This document shows positions 1-11,500 of a DNA stretch of 38,802 nt, piece after piece. Source of the DNA: Intoshia linei (lineage: Eukaryota > Animalia > Orthonectida); contig LWCA01000224.1 of assembly GCA_001642005.1 (NCBI GenBank), positions 1 to 38,802 on the forward strand, read 5' to 3'. The notes under the pieces are model-generated. The model worked only from the letters and a program-made list of their open reading frames with translations, had not been told where the DNA came from and searched no databases. Each line of letters opens with the position of its first letter. Within the stretch, counting starts at the first letter, position 1. The position numbers and the translations under genes are program-made.

Positions 1-115
1 TGCGATAATACATGCCTCGAAAAACTGTATTCGAAATTGTAGTTTTTAATTATAAGACTTTTAATTTTTTAATTAATTAAACGGAACACACTCAGACATC
101 CAATTTTATATATGT
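1..115 (-). mobile_element. Helitron-like family, degenerate 5' end fragment (runs off window)
   Basis: Minus strand reads TTACATATATAAAATTGGATGTCTGAGTGTGT...AATTTCGAATACAGTTTTTCG, matching the family 5' region at 37842-37945, 21540-21654 and 26780-26830. Confidence 0.5.
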
Positions 116-185
116 AAAAAAATCACTTGAATGATACATAATACAGTCTGATTAAATTGTATCACTGACTTTATACAATATTAAA

Positions 186-880
186 TTGACTGCTATGTAC
201 TAAGTACAAACAACACCTTGGTCTACCGAGGGCACATTTTTATTCTAACAAAAAAATAAATTTATGTTAAAAATCTAACTTAACAATCCTACCATTTTTT
301 TATTATCAACCCTTTAAAGGAGTGTTTCCCAAATTTGCTTGAGGTAGAACCGTCATATCACATTAATTTTTACTTAAAAGTGAATTATTCCATCTTAATT
401 TTGTTTTGTTACAAAAATTCCGACAGACTGAATTATATAGATTTTCACCCATATTGCTTTATTGGAAATGTGTAGACGTTGAATTCACATTTTTTTTGAA
501 ATTGTAGGATCAATATTTACATTTTCAATTTTTATATTAATCGAAATATTTGAAAAATATTGATTGATAATATAATAAAATCTATTTTTCACCGGGAATG
601 CGTAGATTTCTGGGTTTGAAATTTTGAATTTATATCAATTGGAAAAAGCTCTATCAGATTAATTTTCTTTTTTTTTTTTAATTTTCGGACCGTTAATTAT
701 TTCACTTTTTTTAATAAAATATTTCGGAAAAAAAATATATAAATACTAAAATGCTTATTTCATCTTGAAGACGTCACTTATTCAGATTGAAATTTTTTGT
801 GTGTGTTAACAGGATACAACTGTACTACCTGTAAATTTTTTGAAATTCTAGGGCTGTTTTCATAAAAAAAGAAGGGTAAT
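186..880 (-). mobile_element. Non-autonomous Helitron-like element, 3' part
   Basis: Long reverse-complement similarity to 12925-13467 and 38170-38451 (e.g. CACCGGGAATGCGTAGATTTC, AGCTCTATCAGA). Subterminal hairpin TGTACTAAGTACA at about 197-209. Confidence 0.7.
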
Positions 881-1332
881 GAAATTCTAGAACTGTTTTC
901 ATAAAAAAAAAGTAATTTGTAATTCTGGCCCTGAAAATATAATTTTTTTAAATTTAATTTTATGATAATGTTTATGATTTTAAAATCCGTATCAGCGAAT
1001 ATATTATTATAAATTTTCCAACTCGATGACCGAGTTATAAAATTTATTTTTACCATCACAACAAACTTTGAAATAAATTTTTCATGAAAATTTTGTAAAA
1101 TTTCCGAGGCTTTGGTATTGTATGGGTCATTTTTAAGATACAAATACAGATGGATGAACGTAAATGTCAAACATGTAATTAAATTAGAAATTTTAGTTTC
1201 AAAGTAATAGATGAATTCAAAGTTATTTGAAAAATTTATAGCAACAAAAGTTCAAAATAAGCATTTATTATTATATCGCCCAAATTTCTAACTTGTTAAA
1301 TTTTGTTGAATTATTATAAAATATAAAACATT

Positions 1333-3560
1333 ATGGCTATCGGATCTCTAATGTTTGATGAAAATGGTCGTCCCATGTTGGTAATGAAAGGAGAAGAAAA
1401 TGAAGCTAGACTTAGTGGTAAAGATGCATTAAAAGTAATTGGACCAGTTTTAAATATTTAAACAAACTAGGCCCACATCAATACAGCAAAAACCATTGGA
1501 AATATAGTCAGATCATCTTTAGGTCCTCGAGGGTTAGATAAAATGGTACGTTAATTCCTTTTCTAAATATTTTTACAATAATTTACATTTGAGTAGATGG
1601 TTAGCCCTGATGGTGAAGTCTTGGTTACAAATGACGGTGCAACTATTTTGGATCGAATGGACATTACAGATGAAATTTGCAAATTGATAGTTGAACTTAG
1701 TAAATCACAGGACGATGAAATTGGTGACGGAACAACGAGTGTCGTCGTTTTAGCTTGCTCTCTTCTCCAAAAAGCAGAACATTTAATTGATCGTGGAATT
1801 CACCCAGTCAGAATCGCTGATGGTTATGAAGAAGCAGCCAAATTTGCTTGCAAGCACTTAGATTCCATTGCGGAAAATTACAACGTTGAAGACCGAGATA
1901 TTCTGATTAATGTTGCTGTTACAACATTATCTTCAAAAATGTATATATATTTCATATTTTATTTATATTTATTCCAGTGTGAGTAAAATTAAAAAACAAG
2001 TCGCAGAAATTGCAGTTGACGCAGTTCTAAGTGTTGCTGATATAAAACGAAGAGACGTTAATTTTGAATTGATCAAAATGGAAAGCAAAGTTGGAGGACA
2101 TTTAGAAGATACATGTTTAATAAAAGGTGTCGTTATAGACAAAGATTTTAGTCATCGACAAATGCCATCGGTTTGATTTTTGTATCAATTGCATTTGATT
2201 GATTTTTTTTAGCAAGTAAAAAATGCAAAAATTGCCATTTTAACGTGTCCTTTCGAACCTCCTAAACCTAAAATTAAACATCATTTGGATATTTGCTCAG
2301 TTGAATCTTATAATGAATTAAAGCAGTATGAGGTTGATAAATTCAATGATATGATAAAACAGGTTATATCAGTTTTTACGTTTTATTTTAAAATTTTTAG
2401 ATTAAAAATATAGGAGCCAATGTTGTAATATGCCAATGGGGATTCGATGACGAAGCCAATCATTTATTGTATTATTAAGTTAATTTATTTTTATAATAAT
2501 TAGATTGCAAAATAAATTGCCAGCTGTTAGATGGGTTGGAGGTCCTGAAATTGAAGTAATATGTTATTTTATAATTATACCCGTTTTATAGTTAATAGCT
2601 ATAGCAACTGGTGGAAGAATTGTTCCAAGGTTTAGTGAATTAACGGCTGATAAATTGGGGAAAGCTGGAATAATTCGAGAACTGACAATGGGTACGACTG
2701 CCGAGCGTGTGTTAATCATTGAAGATTGTGAAAAATCTGATACCGTCACAATTTTAGTTAGAGGATCTAATAAAATGGTTACTTGTTATTTTTTTCTGTT
2801 TTAGTATATCTAGATTGTTGATGAGGCAAAAAGAAGTATACATGACGCTCTTTGTGTAGTTCGAAATTTAATTGTGGATGGTCGTATAGTTTATGGCGGT
2901 GGAGCCGCTGATATATCTTCATCTTTGGCTGTTTTTGAAAAATCAGAAAAGGTAATTGTTTATTTCAAATTTCGAAAAATATCGTATTAACAAATGTGAC
3001 CCTATGGAAAAGTTGGAAAATTTAAAATTTTTTTTGTGAAAATAGTAAAAACTATCCAATTCTCATCTATCAAATGTACTTTATTGTGCTAAAATATATT
3101 GTAGCTATCTGGTATTGAACAATACGCTTTCCAAGCCTTTTCAGAAAGTTTGGAAGAGGTTCCCTTGGCTCTAGCTGAAAATAGCGGCCTTTCAGCTATA
3201 GACACTGTGACGAGTGTCAAAAATGCTCAAATCAAATCAAAAAAACACCACATTGGAATTGATTGTAATGATTTAGGAACTAACGGTAAATTTATTAATA
3301 TATAATAGTAAAACAGTACAGATTGATTTTAATTCAATTATAAAATATCTTAACAGTTTCGTAATTAGAGGGTGGACTTGTATTTTTTCATTTTATAATA
3401 TTTTGTGTAGTAATTAATATGATTAGATATGAAGAAATTGCATGTTCTGGAATCATTGAATTCTAAACGCAAACAATTTATGCTTGCATCCCAAGTTGTT
3501 AAAATGATTTTAAAGATAGATGACGTTAGATACCAAGGAAAAGATAGTTTAGATATGTAA
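1333..3560 (+). CDS. CCT5: T-complex protein 1 subunit epsilon (CCT5), 11 exons
   Basis: Exons 1333-1434, 1471-1545, 1597-1940, 1978-2170, 2213-2362, 2401-2468, 2504-2555, 2592-2777, 2814-2951, 3105-3285, 3427-3560, all GT-AG and in phase. Motifs: [40 protein letters not shown], epsilon-specific [37 protein letters not shown], and the end [10 protein letters not shown]. Confidence 0.97.
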
Positions 3561-3566
3561 AGGATC

Positions 3567-3572
3567 AATAAA
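3567..3572 (+). terminator. AATAAA polyadenylation signal of CCT5 (putative)
   Basis: Canonical hexamer 6 nt after the TAA stop. Confidence 0.55.
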
Positions 3573-4246
3573 AATTTATCAAAGTGTAATTATATTTGAA
3601 AATGGTTATCCTAAAATACATATGTATATAATGGAATCAAACTATATTGGACCCAGCAGACAGTAAAGATTTTAATTTTTGAGATTTTCTGTAATTTTAT
3701 AAGTCAATGCTTAACGTTTTTTAGGTTGGATACACTAACAGTAAAATTGTTAATTGTATGCCTTAATTAATTATTGGTTAATTCAGCGGTGTTCCAATCT
3801 GAGGCCTCAAAAAATATATTTACACAATGTTAATTAAAAACGTAAAAGATAATGTGATAATATTTCGACATTTCTTTGAAAATATTCGCGAAAAATTTGA
3901 TGCGAAATTACAGGCCTAAAAAAACTTATTCTTATTTTATCATTAAAAACAAATAAAACTTGTGACCATAAAATAGTAAAAACATTTGTTTAGAATAATT
4001 AAATAGCGATAACCTAACCTAACTGGATAATAACTTGTGGTCGGTGAAAATATCAAAATATTTTGACGTACACTCAAAGTTGAGGAATTTGTTAGATTTT
4101 ATACATATTCTTAGCGGATCGGTTGAGAAGCACCTATTTTAACAAAAAAATAAATTTATTTAAAAAGTGAATCTGACGGGTTTTTTCATATAATGGCCAG
4201 CAAATCTAGTTTTTTAAATTTTTATATTTGATAATTACGTCTAATA

Positions 4247-4323
4247 CATGGTTTCTCAACCGGGTTCACGAATTTTTAGATGTTCATAAGGGGTCGTGAA
4301 ATGCAAAAGGTTGAGAACGACTG
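4247..4323. mobile_element. 77-bp hAT (Buster/Charlie-type) MITE
   Basis: Ends CATGGTTTCTCAACC ... GGTTGAGAACGACTG. Flanking 8-mers GTCTAATA / GTATAATA (nnnTAnnn TSD, 1 mismatch). Confidence 0.75.
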
Positions 4324-4364
4324 GTATAATACTTCGATTTTTCTCTTGGTTTTAATTTAATTAA

Positions 4365-4886
4365 CCCATATACTCCCAGTGTGACCATATGGTCACAAGA
4401 TTACATTTATAAAAACACGTATCAAATTGAAAACGAAGTTAATTAAATATGAAAAATTAAATTAATTAGTATATTATATAACATTCGAGTATATTAGTTT
4501 TCACCGATTAGCCTTCTGTGTCACTGACAGTGGGCCAAAATGATTTTTCAAAGCAAAAAAAAATATTCACTGAAAAAATGTTTTATATTTTTTTTTGTTA
4601 AAGTTGTTATAACTGAATTTAATGAATACCATATGATGAATTCATGTATTGGCTACCATTTGTTGAAATAATTATGTATATTAACGATGCGGTTTTATAT
4701 ATACACACTTTTATTTGCCTTATTCTCCACATGTGAACATATGGAATGTGAAATAACTCCATAACTACAATTGGTAATTACCTAAAATTATATATGGTGA
4801 GAAATAGGAAAGTATGTATTAACTTCCCAAATTTTTGGAAAAATCGAAGCCAAAAAATTGGAAAAATTTGTCTGGGAGTATATGGG
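4365..4886. mobile_element. Non-autonomous piggyBac-type element (522 bp)
   Basis: Perfect 15-bp terminal inverted repeats (TIRs) CCCATATACTCCCAG / CTGGGAGTATATGGG flanked on both sides by TTAA. CCC...GGG termini are the piggyBac hallmark. Confidence 0.9.
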
Positions 4887-5566
4887 TTAATAAAAACAGA
4901 AAAATAGTTCCGTACTACAAATCGATTTCCTACCCGGTTAAAAACCACTTCTAAATTGTTGATCTTTTAAAAATTATTATTGTAAAACTTTGAACACAAT
5001 CTCTGGTATACATTCTACACAATACTAATCAATGTTGAAGGCACAAGAAAATCATAACATATTAAATATAATAATTATTATTATTAATATATATATTCTA
5101 TCGTAACCATCCTGACTTAAATAATGTAAAAGTTTGCAAAAATATTTGTCTGTCTATTTAAATGTTAGATTCAAATTTCAGACAATAACATTTAAGAGAC
5201 CTAACCTTAACCTTTTATGCGGGATAAGTGTAAATAAATTCAAATTATTTATTTTTTAAACATTTTATTATATTCCAATTTTTGTGGTATTTAAGATACA
5301 AAGGTAGATCTAGACAAAATATATTTTGTTATTTCGTTTGTCAATTTTTGAATCAATACAAATACACTCAAGCTCCTTCAATTTGAACAAAATATTTCTA
5401 TAACGTGGAATTCACATAAAATGTCATTGATTTTATTCTAATTACAATTATTAACTGCAACTTTAATATTAATTATTATTTGAACACTCAAATATTTTCC
5501 TTGACCAGTGTTCAAATTTAAGCAGTTTGACTGTATTCCTACTTGAAAATTGATTCCAAAAATAAA

Positions 5567-8500
5567 TCAATCATACGTCATTCTGATAGATTCATCAACA
5601 TTGATATTTCGCAACGGTATGAAGGTATTTCCATATTTAAATCGTTTAAATAATGGAAATGTGTGCTTGTTGAAATATAAAGACAGTTTCAATATTTTTG
5701 ATTTCAAATCCTTTTTTGGGATTATCCATTTAAAACTAAAAATAAATTGTATCATACAATGAGTCATGAGAAATTCAAATAAATTAAATACATAATTGAC
5801 TGCAAATGAATTTAAAAATCAAACGTGCAGCCAAACATGACAATACTCGAGATCTCGCAAACGAAAAATAGGCCCTTAAATAAATTTTCGTCAAGACCCT
5901 AAGAGGGTATCGGGTATAGTAGGTTCGGCACTCGTTACACTGACTCTAATAACCTTGCTAAGTGAGCTTTTTATGTTATATTAAACAAGTTTCTACCTAT
6001 TTTGTAATTTCATGTCAGATTGTATTATTTTCTTTTTTAAAATTCGTAGTGACGTTATGGTGTCTGGAATTATTTTGGCTATAATGATAAAATTTTTGAA
6101 TTTTGGTAGGATTCTAAATTTTGATAACATTTTAATTAAAATTTGATAAGATTGATAAATTAGTTATACTGTATTTCAGGTTTCTTAACATTTTTTTAAA
6201 TTTAGCACCCTATGGGTGCTAGCATCCCAGTTAAGAAACTCTGCTGTAGTTGATATCAAGCACGTCATTTTTATACATTGTACAAATTGTAAATTCTTAA
6301 CGTTTTTTATCCACGAAAAACACATTATAGGCAGTTCACCGTATATGGTGCTAAAATGGGTAAACAAAATATACTTGTCACTAGGGTAAACAGTATCAAT
6401 TATCATAGCTAAATTGATAATTTGTTAGCAATATAAAGCATTTTGACTTGTAATCACTGGCTATATTTGTTTAAATGGAATGTTTAAATTGTATAATTTA
6501 TGTGAATTTCAATTTAAATTGAATACAATAGGTCGTAAAATGTTTGGGAAGCTGCTCCTATTTATAATGCAACAAATGTAGTAGAATTAAAATATAGCAT
6601 TTATGGCAATAATAGCAGTTATCTCTGGTTAGTTACAAGTCAATCGTCTAGGTTAATGGCATATCGAGATGGATACTGGCAACTTGCTTTTTCCTAGCAA
6701 GCACATTTAGTTGGTTACTGACTGCAAGGTCGTAAAAAGCTAACCGGTTAAAAATATTTTTCACTATTTTTTTAATACAATGAGATAATATAATTAATTT
6801 TTATTGCCCTAATAAATAGTACAATGCAAATGTTTAAGATGATAAATTTCATTAAATATACTCACATTTTAAATTTTCATATCATTTTACTTTTACTTTA
6901 ATTATGAACCTCTCTATTTCCCAAAACTCTGAAGCTCCAGTAAAGGAAAGCAACAGGATTAAACGAGTCAATCAGGCTATGAACTGTAATGAATGTTTTC
7001 TAATTTTACCGGGTAATCAATTATATTGCAAATGTGGCAATAAACGCATTTGTAGTTCTAAAAACTACAATATCTAAATCTAAAAACCCAATCTCACATT
7101 ATAAACATCAGTTTAAAAGTAAACGACGTCAATAATAATCAAACTGATTTCAAATACGATTTAGTAAAAGCCTTCATTTCAGCGGATATACCATTTTCTA
7201 AACTCAGAAACAAGCATTTACAAAAACTATTCAATAACATGAAATTTCCGCTACCATCTGAAACATCGTGTAGAGATCTTGAAAAGAAAGTGTATGAAAA
7301 CTCTATGATAGATATCAAAAATTACCTTTCCAACAGAAACGAGTTTTTCATGATTGTCGATGAAACCTCGCTTAAAGGTGAAAAATATGCTAATTTCTTA
7401 ATAAGTTTACAATTTTAATATAGTGTATTTATAGGTCTTGCAAATAAACCGGATATATCTTATTTAGTTTGCTGTGATTTTTTGGAAAAATCTCCTAATA
7501 ATAATTATATCAAAAATAAAATAAGTGGTGTTATATCTTACTTTAACCTCAAACCTGAAAATTTCATACTATTGTTGAGTGATGCTGCCTCCTATATGAA
7601 ACTGGGTGGACTAAAGTTAAAAAATGAAAGTTTTAATTTTGATAACGGGAAAATAGTTCACTTTCATAAGTTATTTCATATTACGTGTATTGTCCATCTA
7701 TACCACAACATCACTGGAAAAATAATAAGCCATTATAGCAACATAAATGAACTCATTATTTCAATTAACATAGCTCTATCAAAATGTGCATCTCGAAAAA
7801 AACTTTACAAAAATTCCCTTGCCACCGAATTTTTGTAAGACGAGGTTTGGAGATTGGTTGAAGATAGTCGAATATTATTCAAAACAATATATTTTCATAA
7901 AAGAAATTGTAAATGAATTTATTGACGATGGTGCTATAGTGGAAAGGGTTAAAAAAGTTGTTAGCCACACTAATTTATGTAAAGAAATTGTTGAAATTAT
8001 GCACAACTACTTTTTTTATATATCCTCTAATAAAAAAGTCATGCTCTGTTAACTATAAAATATCAGATGCTTTGTATGATTTAAACAACCTAAATTTCAA
8101 TATAATGAAATAATATAATATATTTTTTATACATCTTATTTATTTCATTATCTAAAAAACCAATATTTAAGACATTTATTTGTTTTTTTACATAATAAAA
8201 CTAATTAGATTTGATTTCATAGATACATCTAGATTTTTTATTTCATCTAGTTTCTAGAGTTTAATTTATGCAATATCTAATATTTTTTGACTAAAATACT
8301 CAAATTTTCTTCTTTTTTTTTCCTAATTTGCCAGTGTATCATAATTAGGGTAAGTTTTTTAATAACCCATGGAAATTAAAAAAATAACGTCTAATTTTTG
8401 GTAACTTTATTAACTTTTATAAAATTTTTTATATGCACTGCACTCCTGCAAAAACAAAGTTTTCTCAATTTTTGTGGTAGCAAACCGTTTACAATTTTCA

Positions 8501-11500
8501 TAATATCATATTATCTATACCACTTTCTATGTTAAGGCTAACTGTATTTATTATGTTTTGCAAAGTCAAATTCACAGAGTCATTATGGATACATTCGTAT
8601 ACCTTACATTTTGAATAAAAAAAATTAATAAATTGAAATTTTTTACAAATGTAAACAAAAAATGACTAAAAGTTTAATTAGCCAATTAATAAGCATAATA
8701 TTCGTATCATCATGCTAATTAACATACAAAATTAAATTTTATTTGTCCTGATCATAATTTATTTAATTTTATTGCACCAATAAAAAATTTAAAATTTACA
8801 AGAGTGAAAAGAACACGATTTGGCAACACTGCATTGTTTGAAAAAATTTGCTATACTCATGTACTGGTTTATCTTGTTATAGTCAATTTAATTGTTAATT
8901 TTTGGTGGCCCTACTTGTCACTCATAAATCACAAATTTCAGTTAAACATTCATGTTTTAACTCTTCTAATAGTGATTTTAATAAGTCACCAAAAATGAAA
9001 ATTAAAATACAACAAATTAGTATGGGTTATAAAACCAGAAATGTTGAGAAATTACTACAATATATAAGTACTTTATGTGATAGATGTGGCATATAAGTAG
9101 TTTTTTTTTGATACAATAAAATATTCTCAATCGAATAGATAGATTTTGATCATCAAATGTTTTTAATTTGTCATTTATAGGTTTTATATCAATTTGACTA
9201 CGGTTTTCCTCTGATTCTTGCTTTATTTCCTTTTCTTCAACAATTACTTTGTCTATACTGGAAAAATTCTAATATATATTAAGATTGTATAGTTTATCAA
9301 AAAATATTCTTATTTAACGGTATTCAGAATTCCCTAATTTTAGGCCTCTATAAATTCTGTTATATAGGATTGTATTGTATGCATATACTATAATATAGTA
9401 ATTATATGCAGTACCATAATTTTTACGGTTACAGCCAATGTGGATTTGTAATCTTTTCTAATTAAAACTATTTGCTTCTTTGCCCCATTCGAATTTTTAA
9501 ATGCTATCAATTCTTCTCTGGATGTATACAATATTTCCTTTTTTGTTCTTATCTATAAATTTATTTTTCTTATTATTGAAACAGATTTAAATAGGCTAAT
9601 TAGTAATTACAGTGAATGTGAGATATTCGTGAGTCAAATTATTGGTATAAAAATAAAAACATTCATTCCATTTTGGAAAGCAATTATGCTTTTGAATACC
9701 GGTTTCATGATTAACTTGTCCCATGCTAGTTATTACCAATGTAGACGGTTCGTGCATATTTTGTTTTGTTCTCTAATAGAAATTTATTAAAAAAAGTTGA
9801 TAACTTTTTAGGTAGATTTGCAAATAATTCCCTCATTTGTACAATGTACATGTGTAAATAAATAATAGGGTAAATAAGCCTTACTTATATAAAGTAAAAG
9901 TGCTAAAAATGTATGTCTCTGTAACTATTTATTTAGAAAACTGACAGTCCCAGAAATTTAAAAAATCACGTTCCAAGTCAGTTTATTCAGTTACAGAAAA
10001 TAAGATACATTTCACTGTCAAAAAGCTGCACCTTCACTGCGAAAAACCCAAATTACCATTTTTTTAAAAAATTAAAAAAACTAGTCTCTGAATTTTATTA
10101 AACTCAAAATAATTATATTAATATAGTTTTTAAAGTTTAATGCAGTCTAAAGTCTCTTGAATGTTATCTAAATAATTTGAAAATTGCATTTAATTTAAAT
10201 TTTAAATAGACACAGCTATTTTCTACAACTTTTACCCTATTTAAGTCAGGGTGGTTACAATACAATCATTTTAAATAATTATAATTTAAAAATTTACAGG
10301 TAAGTCTTGTGCTGAATGTATTTTAACATACACTGCCAATTGTTCAATACTATCATCAGAAATCTACTAAAATAAAAATACGAAGTATTAATTGTAACCT
10401 CCAAATTTTCACTATATGTTAACCAACTTGTTTTCATGTAAATTTTTCCAAATTCTAAACGATAATACTATTTTAAAAATTTTAATTTGTCAATAATACG
10501 TGTACCCTTTCTGTAATTTCATTTACCAATTTTTCTAGTCGAATAAAACATCTAAACATTAAAAAATAAATACAAATGCCATTAAATTACTCTCCAAGTT
10601 TATCGTCAGAATTATAATCTTTATCAAAGCATTCTATGTTGAATAATATGTATCACCGCTAAAAAAATTTAAATTACCAATTTGTAATGCCTGCCCTTGA
10701 AATTGGTAAATAATTGCCTAAATTAATTAATAATTATAATAACTTACTATCCAAATGATGTGACAGAATTACATGCACATACATATTTATATGGGGTATT
10801 GCATAATGTAAACAACATTACCAAAAATTCTTCATTCCAAACAGGATTACAAGTCTCTGGAATAACTTTAGTTTTAAATTGATGATTTGAAACATTGATC
10901 ACACAGTAAGCGTCAGAGGTATCATCTCCAAATAAATTAAAATCAGCAGCTTTCAAGTTCTTTGCATGTTTAATTTCAATTTTTATTAATCCCTAGTAAA
11001 TTTAACCACTATTATTAAACGAATACCTGTGGATTCAGCAAGCGATTTCGTGTTTTATTAGAATTTTTGGACAAGGGAATTACCAATTGATTGGGCATAA
11101 CCAACGTTGATTTTAATTTATCTGATACAATTTTATCAATTATATTCCTACGTAAGTGTATTAGTTTTTCAAATTTCAAGCCATAATTATTAAACTGAAT
11201 TATTATTTATTATTGTTATTATTATTTAATAAATTATTGGCAATAATGCATGAAAGTTAAAAATGAGATGAAGGTAAAATTGTTAATTGAAATTTAATAT
11301 AAAAGTATAATTTTAATTATAGTAATTACTTGATAATGGCAACATTTAGCAAATGAGCAGTGTTGGTTAGTGTAAAATTGATATTCTAATTAAAAAAGTA
11401 TTAAAATGTTTATTTACATAATGTTAATAATATACCGGTTCATTTATAAAAAAGAAGGAAACGTTGTCAATAAAAGGTGGATTATTTATTAATGGATATA

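Noticed and set aside
778-1170. 130-aa ORF on minus strand upstream of CCT5
   Set aside because: Non-ATG start, overlaps the Helitron-like repeat, and contains an internal duplication (FFYENS.RIS twice). No recognisable domain.
2564-3568. Minus-strand ORFs 2564-2749 and 3365-3568
   Set aside because: Antisense shadows of CCT5 exons.
5550-5762. Plus-strand 70-aa ORF
   Set aside because: Antisense to the last E-Syt exon.
6185-6406. 73-aa ORF considered as the missing E-Syt C2C exon
   Set aside because: Wrong phase for the flanking exons and runs into a MITE-like end (CAGAGTTTCTTAAC). Exon 6113-5997 fits better.
6673-8340. ACTGGCAA / TTGCCAGT as TIRs of the intronic transposase
   Set aside because: Only an 8-bp match and no TSD, so element boundaries are not established.
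8804-9096. Two short plus-strand ORFs
   Set aside because: Non-ATG starts, low complexity, intronic or antisense to E-Syt.
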